64,000 nucleotides of DNA from an uncultured Acidobacteriota bacterium (GCA_963809485.1 CAWEJX010000006.1:256001-320000); one strand, 5' to 3'; positions 22,956 to 34,475 are shown, counted from the first letter of the stretch. The notes: generated by a model not told the origin, from the letters alone. Program-made: numbers and translations.

Positions 22956-25595
22956 TCATTTGGCAGGTACCCGTTGCTTCAGTTCTTCTGTCCAGTTCAG
23001 GACGATGTTGATTTGGCGCGGGATCCCGGCTGCCGGCTCCTTTCCCGCGGACTGCACCGGCTTCATCATCAGGAACCGCTTGCCGTCCGGGTGAATGTCC
23101 CAGGGATGTCCGTCGTAATCAGTCCAATGAGCATAGGTTCCGCGAAAAAGCGGTTCGGGTTTTCCGGCTTTGAAGGTCGGCTGCGTTTCAACCGGAACGG
23201 CCATCATCGCATCACTGGTCTGATAGAACAGGGCCTTGCCGTCCGGGGCCCATACCGGAAACTCTGCTCCCTTCCCTGAAACCTGCCACTTCCCCGCATT
23301 AATATCGGGGAAAGGACGTACGTAAACCTCCATCGAGCCGGATTCGTTGGAACAATACGCCATGTATCGCCCATCGGGCGAGATTTGCGGCACATTCTCA
23401 TAGTACTTTTCGTGCAGAAGCGGTCTCCATTTGCGGTCGCCTTCCATCGAGATCGCCCCGATGTTTCTGTTTGCCGTGTCAGTTCCCTCAATCGTAACGA
23501 GGGTCTTTCCATCTCCGGACCAGGACCAGGGAATCATATATGCCTGATCAGTCACCGAACCAAGTTTTGCCTCTCCGCCAGTGCCGTCCGCTGCCTTCCA
23601 GTAAATGCCAGCCTTATTCTCACGATCCGAGCCGAATGCAACGCGTTTACCGTCAGCGGTCCAGAGAGGACAGTAACTTGCCCCATCAAAAGTCAAACGG
23701 CTCATGGTTTCACGCAGGAGGTCCCATATCCAAATGTCGTTTTTGTCACCAGCCTGAATCTCCAAAGCCACCTTTGTTCCATCGGGCGATATGTGGAGGT
23801 CCTCAAAGCTATTTGGTTGGGCGGCAATTGGAACCTCTTTGCCTTTCCGATCCACCCACACCAGCGTGCGTTGACCAGTCCGGGAAGCACTCGGTTGCCC
23901 TGGAATATAAACGAGTGTCCCCGAATCGGAAACCGCGAAGTCCACAATCCCTTCGACTATCGGGACCTGTCCACCCTTCACCTCAAGCTGGTCAAGATCA
24001 AAGGGAACAGCAAAAATGCTGTTGCCCTCTGGAGAAAAATAGACTATGTGCCCCGTCTGTAAATATCGGGCTTTAAACCCGGGGAACAACCCCTTTGATT
24101 CCCCCGACCTGACCGACTGCATATTAATGCCCCGGCTGCCTGTGTACAGCACTGATTTGCCATCCGGCAGCATTTGGGGGGCCCAGTGAAGTTCTGCTTT
24201 CCCTTTAACGAGAGATACCGGCTTTCCCCCGTTGGCGGAAACCCGCATGACGTCGCCGGCCAACTGGCCATAGACGATCGTGTTTTCCGTGTCCCAACTC
24301 GCGCCATAGGGTGTGCAGTCGCACACGGTTATTGCGGCTCCTCCGTTGATGCTGATTTTCTTCAATTTGACATCCGCGACGGAAAAGTATCCTATCCATT
24401 TTCCGTCGGGCGAGAAGAAGGGTTGCGATGTGGACCCTTCGGATCCGACGATCAGTTTATCGGTTAATTCGTCCACAGAACGCAAATAGAGCCCTTGCTC
24501 CGTGGTGTAGACGATTTGTTTTCCATCGGGAGAAATAGCAAGAGCCGGATAAGTAAGATCGCTGAATTGCCGGCCTTCCGGCAGATCGTAGGTGAAACGC
24601 ATCACCTGACGCGGTTCGGGCTTTTTCAGGCTCCAGACAGCCACCATTCCGACAATGACGCCAAGAGCCGCAGCAATCCACGGCACCATTGCTCGCACTT
24701 TCGAGCGGGATTGTACCCCGGCAATTGGTTGAAGCACGCCGCCGGGATCCGTCAAAACCCTTTGAATGTCCGCTTTCACATCGGAGATGTCACGGTATCG
24801 TTCCCTGGGATCCTTCTTCAAGCAGCGTTCAAGCACTTCCCGAAGCCGGCCATGAAGGTTTGCAGGAAGATTTTTCCATTCAGGTTCCGCACGGATTACA
24901 GCCGCGAGAATGTCTGTGACGTCGTTGCCGGAATATGCGGCCCGTCCCGTCAGCATTTCATAGAGCACGCACCCGAAAGCCTAAATGTCGGCTCTCTTGT
25001 CGGCGGTCTTTCCCCGAGCCTGTTCCGGACTCATGTAGGCGGCCGTGCCGAGAATAACCCCTTGCTGCGTGGCGGCGTCGCTCAGCGTAGGCGAATTCGA
25101 TAGGTTCACTTCCTCCCGGTCTCCGGCGTATGCCTTCGCCAATCCGAAATCCAAGACCTTTGCCTTGCCATCGGGTGTGACTTTGATATTGGCTGGCTTC
25201 AGATCCCGGTGGATGACTCCTTTCTCATGTGCAGCATCTAATGCTTCGGCGATCTGTAAGGCAAGTTTCAAGGACTCTTCAACGGGAATGGGCCCGGCCT
25301 TAATCCTATCTGCCAGCGTGTTGCCCTCGACGAGTTCAAGGACAAGGAAGTTGGTACCGCCTGATTCCTCCAGCCCATAGATTGCGGCGATGTTGGGATG
25401 GTTGAGCGACGCGAGAAGTTTAGCCTCCCGCTGGAAGCGCGCCACGCGATCCGCGTCCCTTGCGAACCCTTCAGGCAGGACCTTGATCGCCACATCGCGG
25501 CCAAGCTTCTGGTCTTTCGCCTGATACACCTCACCCATGCCGCCCTTGCCGAGCTGGCCTGTAATTAAATAATGGTTCAGCGTCTTGCCGATCAT
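22956..25595 (-). pseudogene. Ser/Thr kinase with TM and TolB-like beta-propellers, interrupted by one nonsense codon
   Basis: In-frame TAG at 24981-24983 in ADI*AFGCVLYEML (conserved Trp); repeated SPDG motifs. Confidence 0.9.
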
Positions 25596-25703
25596 GAGGA
25601 AACTTCCTCCACGTCGACAGCCGGCGTGATGCTGTTAACTGCAGCTGAAGGTTGGCCCTATTGTAATCGAAATTGAATCCTGTTTGTATCGAAACCGCCC
25701 TAG

Positions 25704-27798
25704 CCTGGATTTCCACGGACAACTATTCGCCTAAGTGCCGGGCTGATTTGCAGGTCCACTATAGGTGGTCAGACGTAATGACCGTCCTCTCCACCAAGGC
25801 ACTGCGACCGGCTGCTCCATGATGCCTGACGCGAGGATGATTGGCAGGTGTGTACGACGGTGAAAGCTGACGGTGACTTCTTTTTCGGTCACGATGACGT
25901 CCGCCGGCATATCGATTAAATCTCGAAAGATCTGCCGAGCCTGCGCATCAGCATAGCCCCGCATTCTTTCTGCGAGCAGGCGATACAAGCCGCTGGCGAT
26001 AACCAGCAGCGTCATGTCGAAATCCACCTTCAGACCCTCTTCCGACGAAAGGGCGTCGATATGGAAGAACCTCACCGCGTCGGAGAGTGCATTTTCAATC
26101 AGCATTCGTTGGGCATAGCGCGTCAATAATGCCTTGCTTGTTGCGCTCTGTTGGTTCGTCAGCAGAATGGTCGGTTCATCGTGGCCGAGATCCAGAACAT
26201 ACAGCTGTCGAAAGGTGCGGCCACGCAATGCAACCTTCTGCTCGTAGACGCGCGGGGTACGGTACTTGCGTGTGGGCACGTCCAACTCAATCCTGCGCCA
26301 AGCCGATCGCGGCAGCAGAACAATCTCCTTCAGTAGTTTCGGGTCTCGCCGTCTCAGGGTGATGAAGGGTATGTGCATTTTATCCAGGCGGGCCAAACCA
26401 TCGTAGGTGGTCAGCTTGGAATCGAAAACGAGGTGGCTCGGAGCCTTGCCGTGTGTGCGTTTCCAGAAGGCAACAAACTGGAAAATCTCTTCGGCCTCTT
26501 CGCCCTTGCGTAAGTCGGCGTTGGAATAACAGAAGGCGTGAGTGCCGGCATCCTGCGCCAGAAAAACGAGGATGCTCGGCTGGCTCCGGCTGCGTGCCGA
26601 GACGAAATGCTTTTCTACCTTGGGATGTTCTCCATAATAAGGAACCGAGTGAAAATCAAGATTGAAGGATTCTCCGGGAAACAGCTCCGTTCCGCTCACC
26701 AGTTCGTGCCAATCCGCGAGCATCTTCAATGTCTTGCCGTGGTGGATCCTGCAGGAGTATTCGGAAAGGTAACTCTTCTTCGGGAAAGCGTTCAGACCCG
26801 CGAACAGAGCCAGACCCTCATCCGCCACTATAGACATGACATGACTTTTACGTTCAATCGACCAGAGCTTCAAGGCGAGACAGCATCGCAGAGCATGCCC
26901 GGCGGGGATCATTTTCGACCCCGGCAAAGCGGCACTATTAACCAATTTCTCCGCCTGCAGCCGCACCAGGTCGGGAACGAAAAGGAATAACCCGCCGCAT
27001 TGTGTTGTGAACTTTCGCGGCTCCATTGAAAAGTTGCGCACATCAGCCACGGGCTCGATGGTGGGGCGCGGGTAATCCGGCCTCTCTTCATCAAGCCGCC
27101 GGGGTAGTGAAGCAAAGCCTTCCACCTTAAGGACTTCACGCACTGCAGTCGGGCTCAGGGGGCAGTCGCGCTCTTTGAGCGTATGGCTGATCTCATAGAC
27201 CGAGTAATTCTGTTTCCGAAGCTGAACGATCAGGTCTCGAGCCGCCGATTTTTGGGGTTGGGATCGAGGTCCGCGACGCGGGGAACAGAAAAAGACCGGA
27301 TCGGGATCTCGGCGGAAGTGATGACACAGGACATGGAAAGATCCAACGGAGTAACCGAAGGCGCGTGCGATCTCTTTGGCTGGCCTGTTTTCGATGAAGT
27401 AAGCGCGAAGAGCCTCATACTGACGCTGCCTGGGATGGGTGGGCTCGAGGAAAAAGCGGCGAACAATGCTTAGGTCCTTTGGTGCTCCTATCATGATGAT
27501 ACATATTATTATCTACTATATATTGTGTCAAGAACAAAATAAGGCACAAGGCCTCGAGCCTGACAGAAACATCGATATTATTGGGATTTGCGGTCGCATC
27601 GTTGTCGGTCCAGCCTGGGATATTAAATACAGTGGACTGCAGTAATATAACTAAATGACTATATCAGGAGCACCATTAGTTTAAGAACTTGGGTTAACAG
27701 AAACAATCCCGTGCACGTTTTTTCGGCCTATTCAGCCATGGCGGCTCAGGAAAAGAGGGAGGTTCACTTAGGCGAATAGTTGTCCGTGGAAATCCAGG
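25704..27798 (-). mobile_element. IS of the IS4 superfamily, IS1380-like (2095 bp)
   Basis: Perfect 34-bp IRs CCTGGATTTCCACGGACAACTATTCGCCTAAGTG at 25704-25737 and 27765-27798, flanked by CTAG on both sides. Confidence 0.9.
25731..27494 (-). CDS. DDE transposase with N-terminal HTH
   Basis: NLDFH, VFDSK, YAQRMLIEN (YREK-like); stop codon lies inside the IR. Confidence 0.85.
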   Translation of the reverse strand: MIGAPKDLSIVRRFFLEPTHPRQRQYEALRAYFIENRPAKEIARAFGYSVGSFHVLCHHFRRDPDPVFFCSPRRGPRSQPQKSAARDLIVQLRKQNYSVYEISHTLKERDCPLSPTAVREVLKVEGFASLPRRLDEERPDYPRPTIEPVADVRNFSMEPRKFTTQCGGLFLFVPDLVRLQAEKLVNSAALPGSKMIPAGHALRCCLALKLWSIERKSHVMSIVADEGLALFAGLNAFPKKSYLSEYSCRIHHGKTLKMLADWHELVSGTELFPGESFNLDFHSVPYYGEHPKVEKHFVSARSRSQPSILVFLAQDAGTHAFCYSNADLRKGEEAEEIFQFVAFWKRTHGKAPSHLVFDSKLTTYDGLARLDKMHIPFITLRRRDPKLLKEIVLLPRSAWRRIELDVPTRKYRTPRVYEQKVALRGRTFRQLYVLDLGHDEPTILLTNQQSATSKALLTRYAQRMLIENALSDAVRFFHIDALSSEEGLKVDFDMTLLVIASGLYRLLAERMRGYADAQARQIFRDLIDMPADVIVTEKEVTVSFHRRTHLPIILASGIMEQPVAVPWWRGRSLRLTTYSGPANQPGT

Positions 27799-27924
27799 CT
27801 AGGCTTCAATCGCCATCAAATCTCCAAAATCAGCTTTTTCACCAGAACTCAAAAAGGCGATCCAGTTTCTTGATATTGCAGGCATCAAAACACCCCCGCT
27901 GAGCCGGCTTTAGGCACCCAAACT

Positions 27925-28880
27925 ATGTCAAGAATCAGGATAGCGAACCCCCAGCCGGGCACCGCAAAATATACGACCGCCAGCCGGGCCGAAAGATACG
28001 TGCGCCGCAAGGAAGCTTTGATCATCGGCGGCGAACTGCATTTTCTCTCGCCCACGGAGCAGAGGCGGTTGCGGACGCTCAACCATGCAATCCAGTCCGA
28101 ACGCCGGGCCGGCGACGTCTGCGTCGACAGGCGCGCCGACGAGGAAGGGGCGATCTGGTGGAACGGCTCCGACACGCGCAGGACGGCCATGCACAGGCCC
28201 GGGGAGAACGTGCAGTTCGCGAATTCCTATGTCGCGGCGATTAGGGCGGGCTGCGGGGGCTCCTCGCTGGTCTACAGCATGGCCGGCTACCGGGAGCTGC
28301 TGGCGGTCGAGTGGGACGACCACGCCGTCGCGACGTTCAGGCTCAACTTCCCGGACGTCCCGGTGTGGCACGGCGACATCGCCGACCTGTCGGTGGAGAA
28401 GTGCCTGGAGCTGGCCAGGCTGCGGCCTGAAGAGTTGGACGTTCTGGACGGCTCGCCTCCCTGCCAGGGGTTCTCGACCGCGGGCAAGCGAAAGATGGAG
28501 GACGGCCGGAACCAGCTGTTCCGCGAATACGTCCGGCTGCTGCGGGGACTGAGGCCGAAGCTCCTCGTCATGGAGAACATCAGCGGAATGGCAATGGGGA
28601 AGATGAAGCTGATCTTCGCCGAAATATTGCGGGAACTGAAGGCGTCCGGATACCACGTGTCGGCCAGGTTGATGAACGCGATGTATTACGGCGTCCCGCA
28701 GTCGCGGCAAGACGATGATCTTCGTCGGCGTGAGGGAAGACCTGTGGCATTGCATTCAAAGCCGGTGACATTGCCGGCGGCCGCTGGCGCACTTCTTCGA
28801 GGCCGGCGGGAAGCGTCGGTTGTTGAGCTACCGGAAAGGGCGAGGGTAGGATCGTCCAAGGCTCAAAAACCAGGCGTACC
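27925..28880 (+). pseudogene. Small phage-like ORF fused to the N-terminal half of a C5 DNA methyltransferase (motifs I-VIII) plus a degenerate C-half start
   Basis: AGCGG (motif I Phe lost), GSPPCQGFS, MENI, YGVPQSRQ; 1-nt insertion near 28710. Confidence 0.85.
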
Positions 28881-28910
28881 ATGCAATGGCTTCATACTAT
28901 CCGGGGGCAC

Positions 28911-29641
28911 TCACTTTCGGCTCAATTTCTCCGCCAAGGCCATCAGCAGCGCCGCTCCGTCGCCCCGCCACGCGCTGCCGTGCATGCAGGCAAGCATCGC
29001 CGGCCGCTCGCGTGCGAGCCGCTCCAGGATCTCCGTGGTATTCGGAGCATGCGCATAGTAATCCATCGGCGCGCGGAACTTCTCGCTGGATCCGAGGATA
29101 TCGGTTTCAACTACCGGCGTTTTCCCCGACCCGCCCTGCGTAAACAAATCACCGCAGAGGAATGTCCGAGTGGACTCTTCCATCATTATCCCGCAGTCCC
29201 AGGCGTGCGGCATGTGCGGAGTGTCGAACCAGCGGATCGTGTGCTTCCCCAATGTGAGGACCTCCCCGTCGGCCATGGCGCGAGGGGCACGATCCGCGAT
29301 GTCCCCGATCGATACCATCGCCCCAATCCTGCCACAGAGCGGCTCGCCTCCGCTGCAGCGGCAAGCCATTCGTTGAGCGCACCGCACTCGTCCGCCTCAA
29401 AGTGCGAGACAGTGACGTATCGAAGGCGTTCAATCGGCATCACCTGCGCGACCGCCTCGCTCACGAGCGGAAACAGCCGCCGCAACCCTGTATGAAACAG
29501 CAGCGGCGCGTCGTCCACGATCAGGTATTGATTGAAATTGAACTTGCCGGCCCCCCCCGGCATCTCGACGGGCGTGTTGATCCGGTAGATGCCGTCGACG
29601 ATCTCATGAATGTTTGTGCCCGATTGCGCATTGGTGATCAT
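28911..29641 (-). pseudogene. FprA/ODP-like metallo-beta-lactamase-fold protein, frameshifted near 29345
   Basis: FNQYLI, SHFEADECG, TPHMPHAWD, LCGDLF, LACMHG; SD GGAGG. Confidence 0.8.
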
Positions 29642-29768
29642 CGTTCCCTCCTCCTTTGATAGGGTCAAGTATAACAGGCCGGCATATCGGCTGGCTGATG
29701 AACGCGATGTGGTACGGCGTCCCGCAGTCGCGGCAGCAGATGATCTTCGTCGGGGTGAGGGATGACCT

Positions 29769-30221
29769 ATGGAACTGCATCCTGACCCGGCAATGAGGCC
29801 GATATCCTGCGGCGCGTCCCTGGGCGGCTGCGTGACGCCCGACGCCGAGATCTCGGCCCTGCTGGATGCGGGGCGGCGGTACCGGTCGTTCAAATACTGG
29901 GACCACGTGCGGGTGGGATCGTCCGAGAGCCGCATCACCGGCCAGGGATTCAACGCCGTCAAGTTCGATCCCGGCAAGCCGGCACGAACGATCAGGCGCA
30001 ACGACGGAAACCTCGGCAGGCACGGCGCCATATACTGGGCCGAGCGACGGAGGTTCTCCATCCCTGAGTTCAAGCGGTTCGGGTCCTTCCCTGATGGGTT
30101 TGTGTTTGCCGGAGAATTCGAAGAAGGGATAAAACAGATCGGGAACTGCGTGCCGCCGCCGTTCATGAGAGCCATTGCCCGAAAAATAAAAGAGACAGTA
30201 TTGGCAGGTACTGCGGTATGA
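29769..30221 (+). CDS. C5 methyltransferase C-terminal module 1 (TRD plus motifs IX-X)
   Basis: PARTI, RRFSIPEFKRFGSFPD, QIGNCVPP; GAGG upstream of the ATG. Confidence 0.8.
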   Translation: MELHPDPAMRPISCGASLGGCVTPDAEISALLDAGRRYRSFKYWDHVRVGSSESRITGQGFNAVKFDPGKPARTIRRNDGNLGRHGAIYWAERRRFSIPEFKRFGSFPDGFVFAGEFEEGIKQIGNCVPPPFMRAIARKIKETVLAGTAV

Positions 30222-30820
30222 ACCTCCACCCGGAGCCTCTCTATGAGCCAATCCCTGTGAAAGCTCTGATCCCGAAGTCCCTCGGCACCAGGTCGCAGCG
30301 GATCAATCCCTGGATTCCGGCAGACGAGCCGGCAGCCACGATCTGCAGGACCGCTGCGGGCTACGAGCTCAAGGAAGCGCAGATAAAACCGACATGCCAG
30401 TCTTACCGGGTTCTTACCGGCCAGGAGGCCAAACGACATTTCGGGCTGGTGCGGCTGGATCCCGAGAAGCCATCCCCGACGGTTCAGAAGTCTTCGCCCC
30501 AGAGCAGCACAACAGGCTTGGTTCACCCCTATGAAGTCAGACATTTGACGATCAGCGAAATGAAGCTGATGTCTTCCTTTCCGGAATCATTCAGACTGGA
30601 AGGCAGTTTCGTAGAAAAGTGGGCCCGGATCGGAAATAGCGTGCCGCCGCTATTGATGCATGCAATTGCTCAACACCTACATACATACCTTATTAAGGGA
30701 TGCGCAGCTCAATTGTGGACTTTCTCTGTGCCTCAGCGATTAGCGCCAACTGTTCCTTGTTATCCCTGGCGGAAATTATTGCCCGCAATATCGCGGCGCC
30801 TTTCTTGGTTGGCGATATAG
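30218..30820 (+). CDS. C5 methyltransferase C-terminal module 2 (3' end disrupted by the DUF1254-like gene)
   Basis: PSPTV, RHLTISEMKLMSSFPE, RIGNSVPP; ATGA overlap with module 1. Confidence 0.75.
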   Translation: MNLHPEPLYEPIPVKALIPKSLGTRSQRINPWIPADEPAATICRTAAGYELKEAQIKPTCQSYRVLTGQEAKRHFGLVRLDPEKPSPTVQKSSPQSSTTGLVHPYEVRHLTISEMKLMSSFPESFRLEGSFVEKWARIGNSVPPLLMHAIAQHLHTYLIKGCAAQLWTFSVPQRLAPTVPCYPWRKLLPAISRRLSWLAI

Positions 30821-31244
30821 CCAGACGCTCATTTGTGCGGGGTTGATAGCTCGTGCCCTTTTTAATAAGGACCAGGTCAAATTCGCGCGCTGGAATTGTG
30901 CTGTCATTCTCCACAAAAAAATTTTCTGTATGCCATCCATACAACGAAACAGACCAATAGTTCCCCGTAGCAGGGACCACACAATGAAGGCGAACGGGCC
31001 CTTTGGTCAAATCATAAAAAGCCATGGAATAGATGATGTCAGGGCTACCACCACCGGAAAAAGTATCGGCATCAAGAAGTGAGCCGTGGACGAATTCGTT
31101 CCAACTCACATTTGCGCTTTTCTGGACTCTCCTTGCCGCAATGCTACTTATCAATTCCGGTGAAAATCGTGTCGCTGCAAGGTGCAGTATAGCGGCCAGC
31201 ACAATCGAGGGGATGGCCCATCTGGTTAAGAATCTCATCGACAT
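30693..31244 (-). CDS. DUF1254-like protein
   Basis: SPDIIYSMAFYDLTKGPV, YWSVSLY. Confidence 0.7.
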   Translation of the reverse strand: MSMRFLTRWAIPSIVLAAILHLAATRFSPELISSIAARRVQKSANVSWNEFVHGSLLDADTFSGGGSPDIIYSMAFYDLTKGPVRLHCVVPATGNYWSVSLYGWHTENFFVENDSTIPAREFDLVLIKKGTSYQPRTNERLAISPTKKGAAILRAIISARDNKEQLALIAEAQRKSTIELRIP

Positions 31245-31834
31245 CCCTCCAGGACAATCCTCGGCAGGCTTGCCGCGGCGGGATCAGCGAGAAGCGTTTG
31301 CGAGGGATTGTAGCAGCGCAGAACGAGAGTCAGTTCTCCATCTTTTTGCGAAAGCGGCAACCAGTTAATAGGCTGCTCAAAGCGAGACAGGCGAAGTGTC
31401 CAGGTATTGTCAGGATTCCTAACTGCCGTTGTTTTGGAAAACGAATAGCGTTTGCCGGGATTGGCAATGAAACGTCCCTGGGATTCATAGGGGGTTATGC
31501 TCCACCACCGGGAATCCGTATCGCTCCCCTCAATGTGATAGTTACAGGCATGAGAGAGAGGCTTGCCGCCAGAGTCTTTGTGAGCGACAAAATAGATGGT
31601 TTCCGAGGCGCGCAATCCCCAAAGGCCAGACACAGCCATGCGAGCGCGAGCATACATACCACCGGCTTGACTCCCCCCGCCCAGGTATGTTTGCCATGGT
31701 CCATTAGTAATGACGTCTCCTGGTGCGCGCAATGCATACCACGTAGCAAGAGCAGCCAGAACAACGCTGACAAGGAGGCAGAGTAAAACCTTGCCGATCG
31801 CCTTAATATGAAGCACCATATGCGTCCGCTCCAT
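31235..31834 (-). CDS. DUF1214-like protein
   Basis: ETIYF, DSGGKPL, RWWSITPY, NWLPL, LRCYNP. Confidence 0.75.
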   Translation of the reverse strand: MERTHMVLHIKAIGKVLLCLLVSVVLAALATWYALRAPGDVITNGPWQTYLGGGSQAGGMYARARMAVSGLWGLRASETIYFVAHKDSGGKPLSHACNYHIEGSDTDSRWWSITPYESQGRFIANPGKRYSFSKTTAVRNPDNTWTLRLSRFEQPINWLPLSQKDGELTLVLRCYNPSQTLLADPAAASLPRIVLEGCR

Positions 31835-31999
31835 TAAGGGAAGCAGCCAATGAATTTATGCTTTTCTAATTCCTCATCTCAAACAATTGTAGACTGGAAA
31901 TGTATTTACTGCAATTAAAGAGGAAGCCACCTGTCCAGAAGACACACGCATGGCCTGTAGCGTGTGTCTCCCGGATCGGGAAGAGAAGGAAGGATGTTT

Positions 32000-32411
32000 T
32001 TAGATGAGCAGTCCGGCGTCGGCGAAGCTGAAGTAGTCGGTTTCCCCGATTATGATGTGGTCGAGCACCCGGATGCCGAGGATCTTTGAGGCCTCGACCC
32101 GGCGGTTCGTGCATTCGCGGTCTTCCCGGGATGGCGCCGGATCTCCGGAAGGATGGTTATGCAGGAATACGACCGCCGCCGAGTTGTCCAGAATTGCAGG
32201 TTTCCAAAATCTCGCGAGGTTGGACAACCGAGGTGGACAGGCTTCCAATGCTGGCCGTATGGTAGCCAATGGTTCTGTTCTTGCTGTCAAGCTTTATCAT
32301 GCAGAAATGCTCGCGGGAGTTCCGGAATTTCGGATACTTCGTGAAGGTATCCTCCGACTCCCTCATGAGCATGATCCTGCAACGAGGGAGAATGTTCTCG
32401 AATCTGCTCAT
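32000..32411 (-). pseudogene. RadC-like JAB domain protein, frameshifted
   Basis: HNHPSGDPAPSRED, LDHIIIG. Confidence 0.85.
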
Positions 32412-32477
32412 GCGGGGTAGCTTCTCCGCGGTTTCGCGGCACACCCGTGCCGCCGGTTCGTCCGAAGGTCCCGCGAG

Positions 32478-32771
32478 TCAATCGCCTGATTTGGATTGTC
32501 TCCGAACCGGAATAGCGATGGGCGCGCCCGTGAGCGATCCCTTGCGGGCCTGCGACCGGTACCAGGCGGCGTGGCTGTCCTTGAACGCAGACTTGGGGAA
32601 CTCGGCCTTGACGGCCGCGATAAGCTCGTCGTTGGTGACGGCGTTGTTCCTCGTGATGGCCTCGATGACCTCCTGCTTGATGGTGCGCTTCGCCCGGGTT
32701 TCCGCAATCGCGGAACGCCCCGGTTTTGCCTGCGCCTGTTTCTTCGTCTTCTGCCGCTGTTTGCCTTTTAT
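32478..32771 (-). pseudogene. Basic 97-aa hypothetical protein with ATA in place of the start codon
   Basis: Open frame after AAAGGAAAACC: ...KRTIKQEVIEAITRNNAVTNDELIAAVKAEFPKSAFKDSHAAWYRSQARKG; absent from the ORF track. Confidence 0.55.
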
Positions 32772-32904
32772 GGTTTTCCTTTCAGATCGATGCGGGAGCT
32801 TGATTGCCCCCCTGGCACCCTATATGTCGGGGCCGGCAAGCAATTCCCAGAGGGATATCTCGAGGAATTCGGGAGGGCGCGAAATGCCCGACAAACGGCG
32901 GATA

Positions 32905-33232
32905 CCGGCCATGCGCGCCCATACCCGTAATGATGGTCATACCGGGATCGCTGGCCACCAAGTGGCAGCGGATCAATCCCTGGATCCCGGCCGACGGCGC
33001 GGCCCCGACGATCTGCGGCACGGCGACGGGATACGAGCTCAGGGAGGCTGCGCTCCGGCCGGCGCTGCAGATGTACCGCGTCCTGACCGGCCAGGAGAGG
33101 AAGAGGCACTTCGGGCTGATCAGCCTGGACCCGGACAGGCCGTCCCCGACCGTCCCGAAGAGCATGGGCGGCTCCACGACGGGCCCCGGGATAAAGGCCT
33201 GGATCGACCTCGAGCAAGGGGAGGGCAAATGA
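32905..33232 (+). pseudogene. C5 methyltransferase C-terminal module 3 (TRD only, truncated)
   Basis: QRINPWIPAD, YRVLTGQE, PSPTV shared with module 2. Confidence 0.75.
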
Positions 33233-33565
33233 GGCATTTCCGCCTGGAGGAGCTCGATTCGCCCTACGCGCCGGGCAGCGGCGCCGGGATGGATCGGCAT
33301 TTCCTGGAGCTCGTCGACAGGATCCGGGAGGACGCCGGGATCCCGGTCGTCATAACCAGCGAGTACAGGACGGTCGGGCACAACGCCGAACTCGGCCCAT
33401 CTGAGCGGCCGGGCGGCCGATATCCGGGCGCTTGCCGGACGGGACAAGTGGCTGATCGTGGCAGCGGCGATTCGAACCGGAATCCGTCGCATAGGGATTG
33501 GCAGGAATTTTATCCATGTCGACAACGATGCTTCATTGCCCAATCCGTCGATCTGGCTTTACTGA
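33229..33565 (+). pseudogene. Peptidase M15-type endolysin with an internal deletion/frameshift
   Basis: ITSEYRTVGHN ... HLSGRAADI ... GIGRNFIHVD. Confidence 0.75.
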
Positions 33566-33749
33566 ATGTCCCAAAACAGGGGTATCAGGATAAGCGCGAT
33601 GCCGGGATCGTTGCCCTGGGTGGCGCACGGCGCAAGTTTCCATCGTTGATCCGATGGATGCCAGGCTAAATGGCGTAAGGCCGACAAAACAGATCCAGGG
33701 GGAACCGCCAGTGATATGCAAACGCGGGAGGTTCCCCCTGGTTTTTGCT

Positions 33750-34232
33750 TTATTCCACCCGCACCCATCTAAAAGTGACCGGGTTGGCGATGGGACCGGC
33801 CTTATTGGCCTTTTGTGTCGCGAGAATCGTGTTTCCCTCGGCTTTGAAATCCCAGGTGGTGAATGAATCCGGCTCAAGCGGATTCTTCGCTAGGATGGGA
33901 TGAAATGTAAAGGTTGTTCCTTTGACCTCATAGGTTCCGATGACGGCCGTAAACGGTGTCCATGTGGCCACTTTTTGTGCATCGGTGGCTTCTTTTTGCG
34001 GTAGGTCCGGGCGAGGTTTGTCTCCACTGATCGCCACGATGCTGAAATGCTTTTTGGTGAAGATGATAAAACCAGGCTGCGGATTCGTGATTGTGCGAGC
34101 ATTCGGACCCGTTGAAGTGATTTCCGTGGTTTTCCATACTCCTTCCAACTTGCCTTGGGCCGCTGCGGATTGAACCGTCAGGAGGACAGCCAGAGCAGCC
34201 ATGCAGGCAACAACTACAAGAGACTTTTTCAT
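33750..34232 (-). CDS. Secreted lipocalin-like protein
   Basis: Signal peptide, LEGVWK, GTYEV; SD GAGG. Confidence 0.7.
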   Translation of the reverse strand: MKKSLVVVACMAALAVLLTVQSAAAQGKLEGVWKTTEITSTGPNARTITNPQPGFIIFTKKHFSIVAISGDKPRPDLPQKEATDAQKVATWTPFTAVIGTYEVKGTTFTFHPILAKNPLEPDSFTTWDFKAEGNTILATQKANKAGPIANPVTFRWVRVE

Positions 34233-34475
34233 GCAAACCTCCTCTCCTTCTGATAGGCGCTCACATCATGAGTAAGAAAAAACCGACAAAAGAAATTCGA
34301 TCCTGCTGAAGCTTCCTGGAGGTCGCCAGATCCGGCAGGACTCAGCAGTAGTGGGTAACGGCCTCGTCGCGCAACGCTGCTCTTTTTGCTTTTAGCCTAC
34401 CATATTCGCGGCTGGAGATATTGTCAACATGCAGATGGGATCACGGCTCCCAGGATATTACGGAGGGCAAATCCG

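Noticed and set aside
32269-33669. 466-aa ORF (also the 452-aa ORF at 29186-30544)
   Set aside because: Chimeric read-through across antisense sequence and pseudogene fragments.
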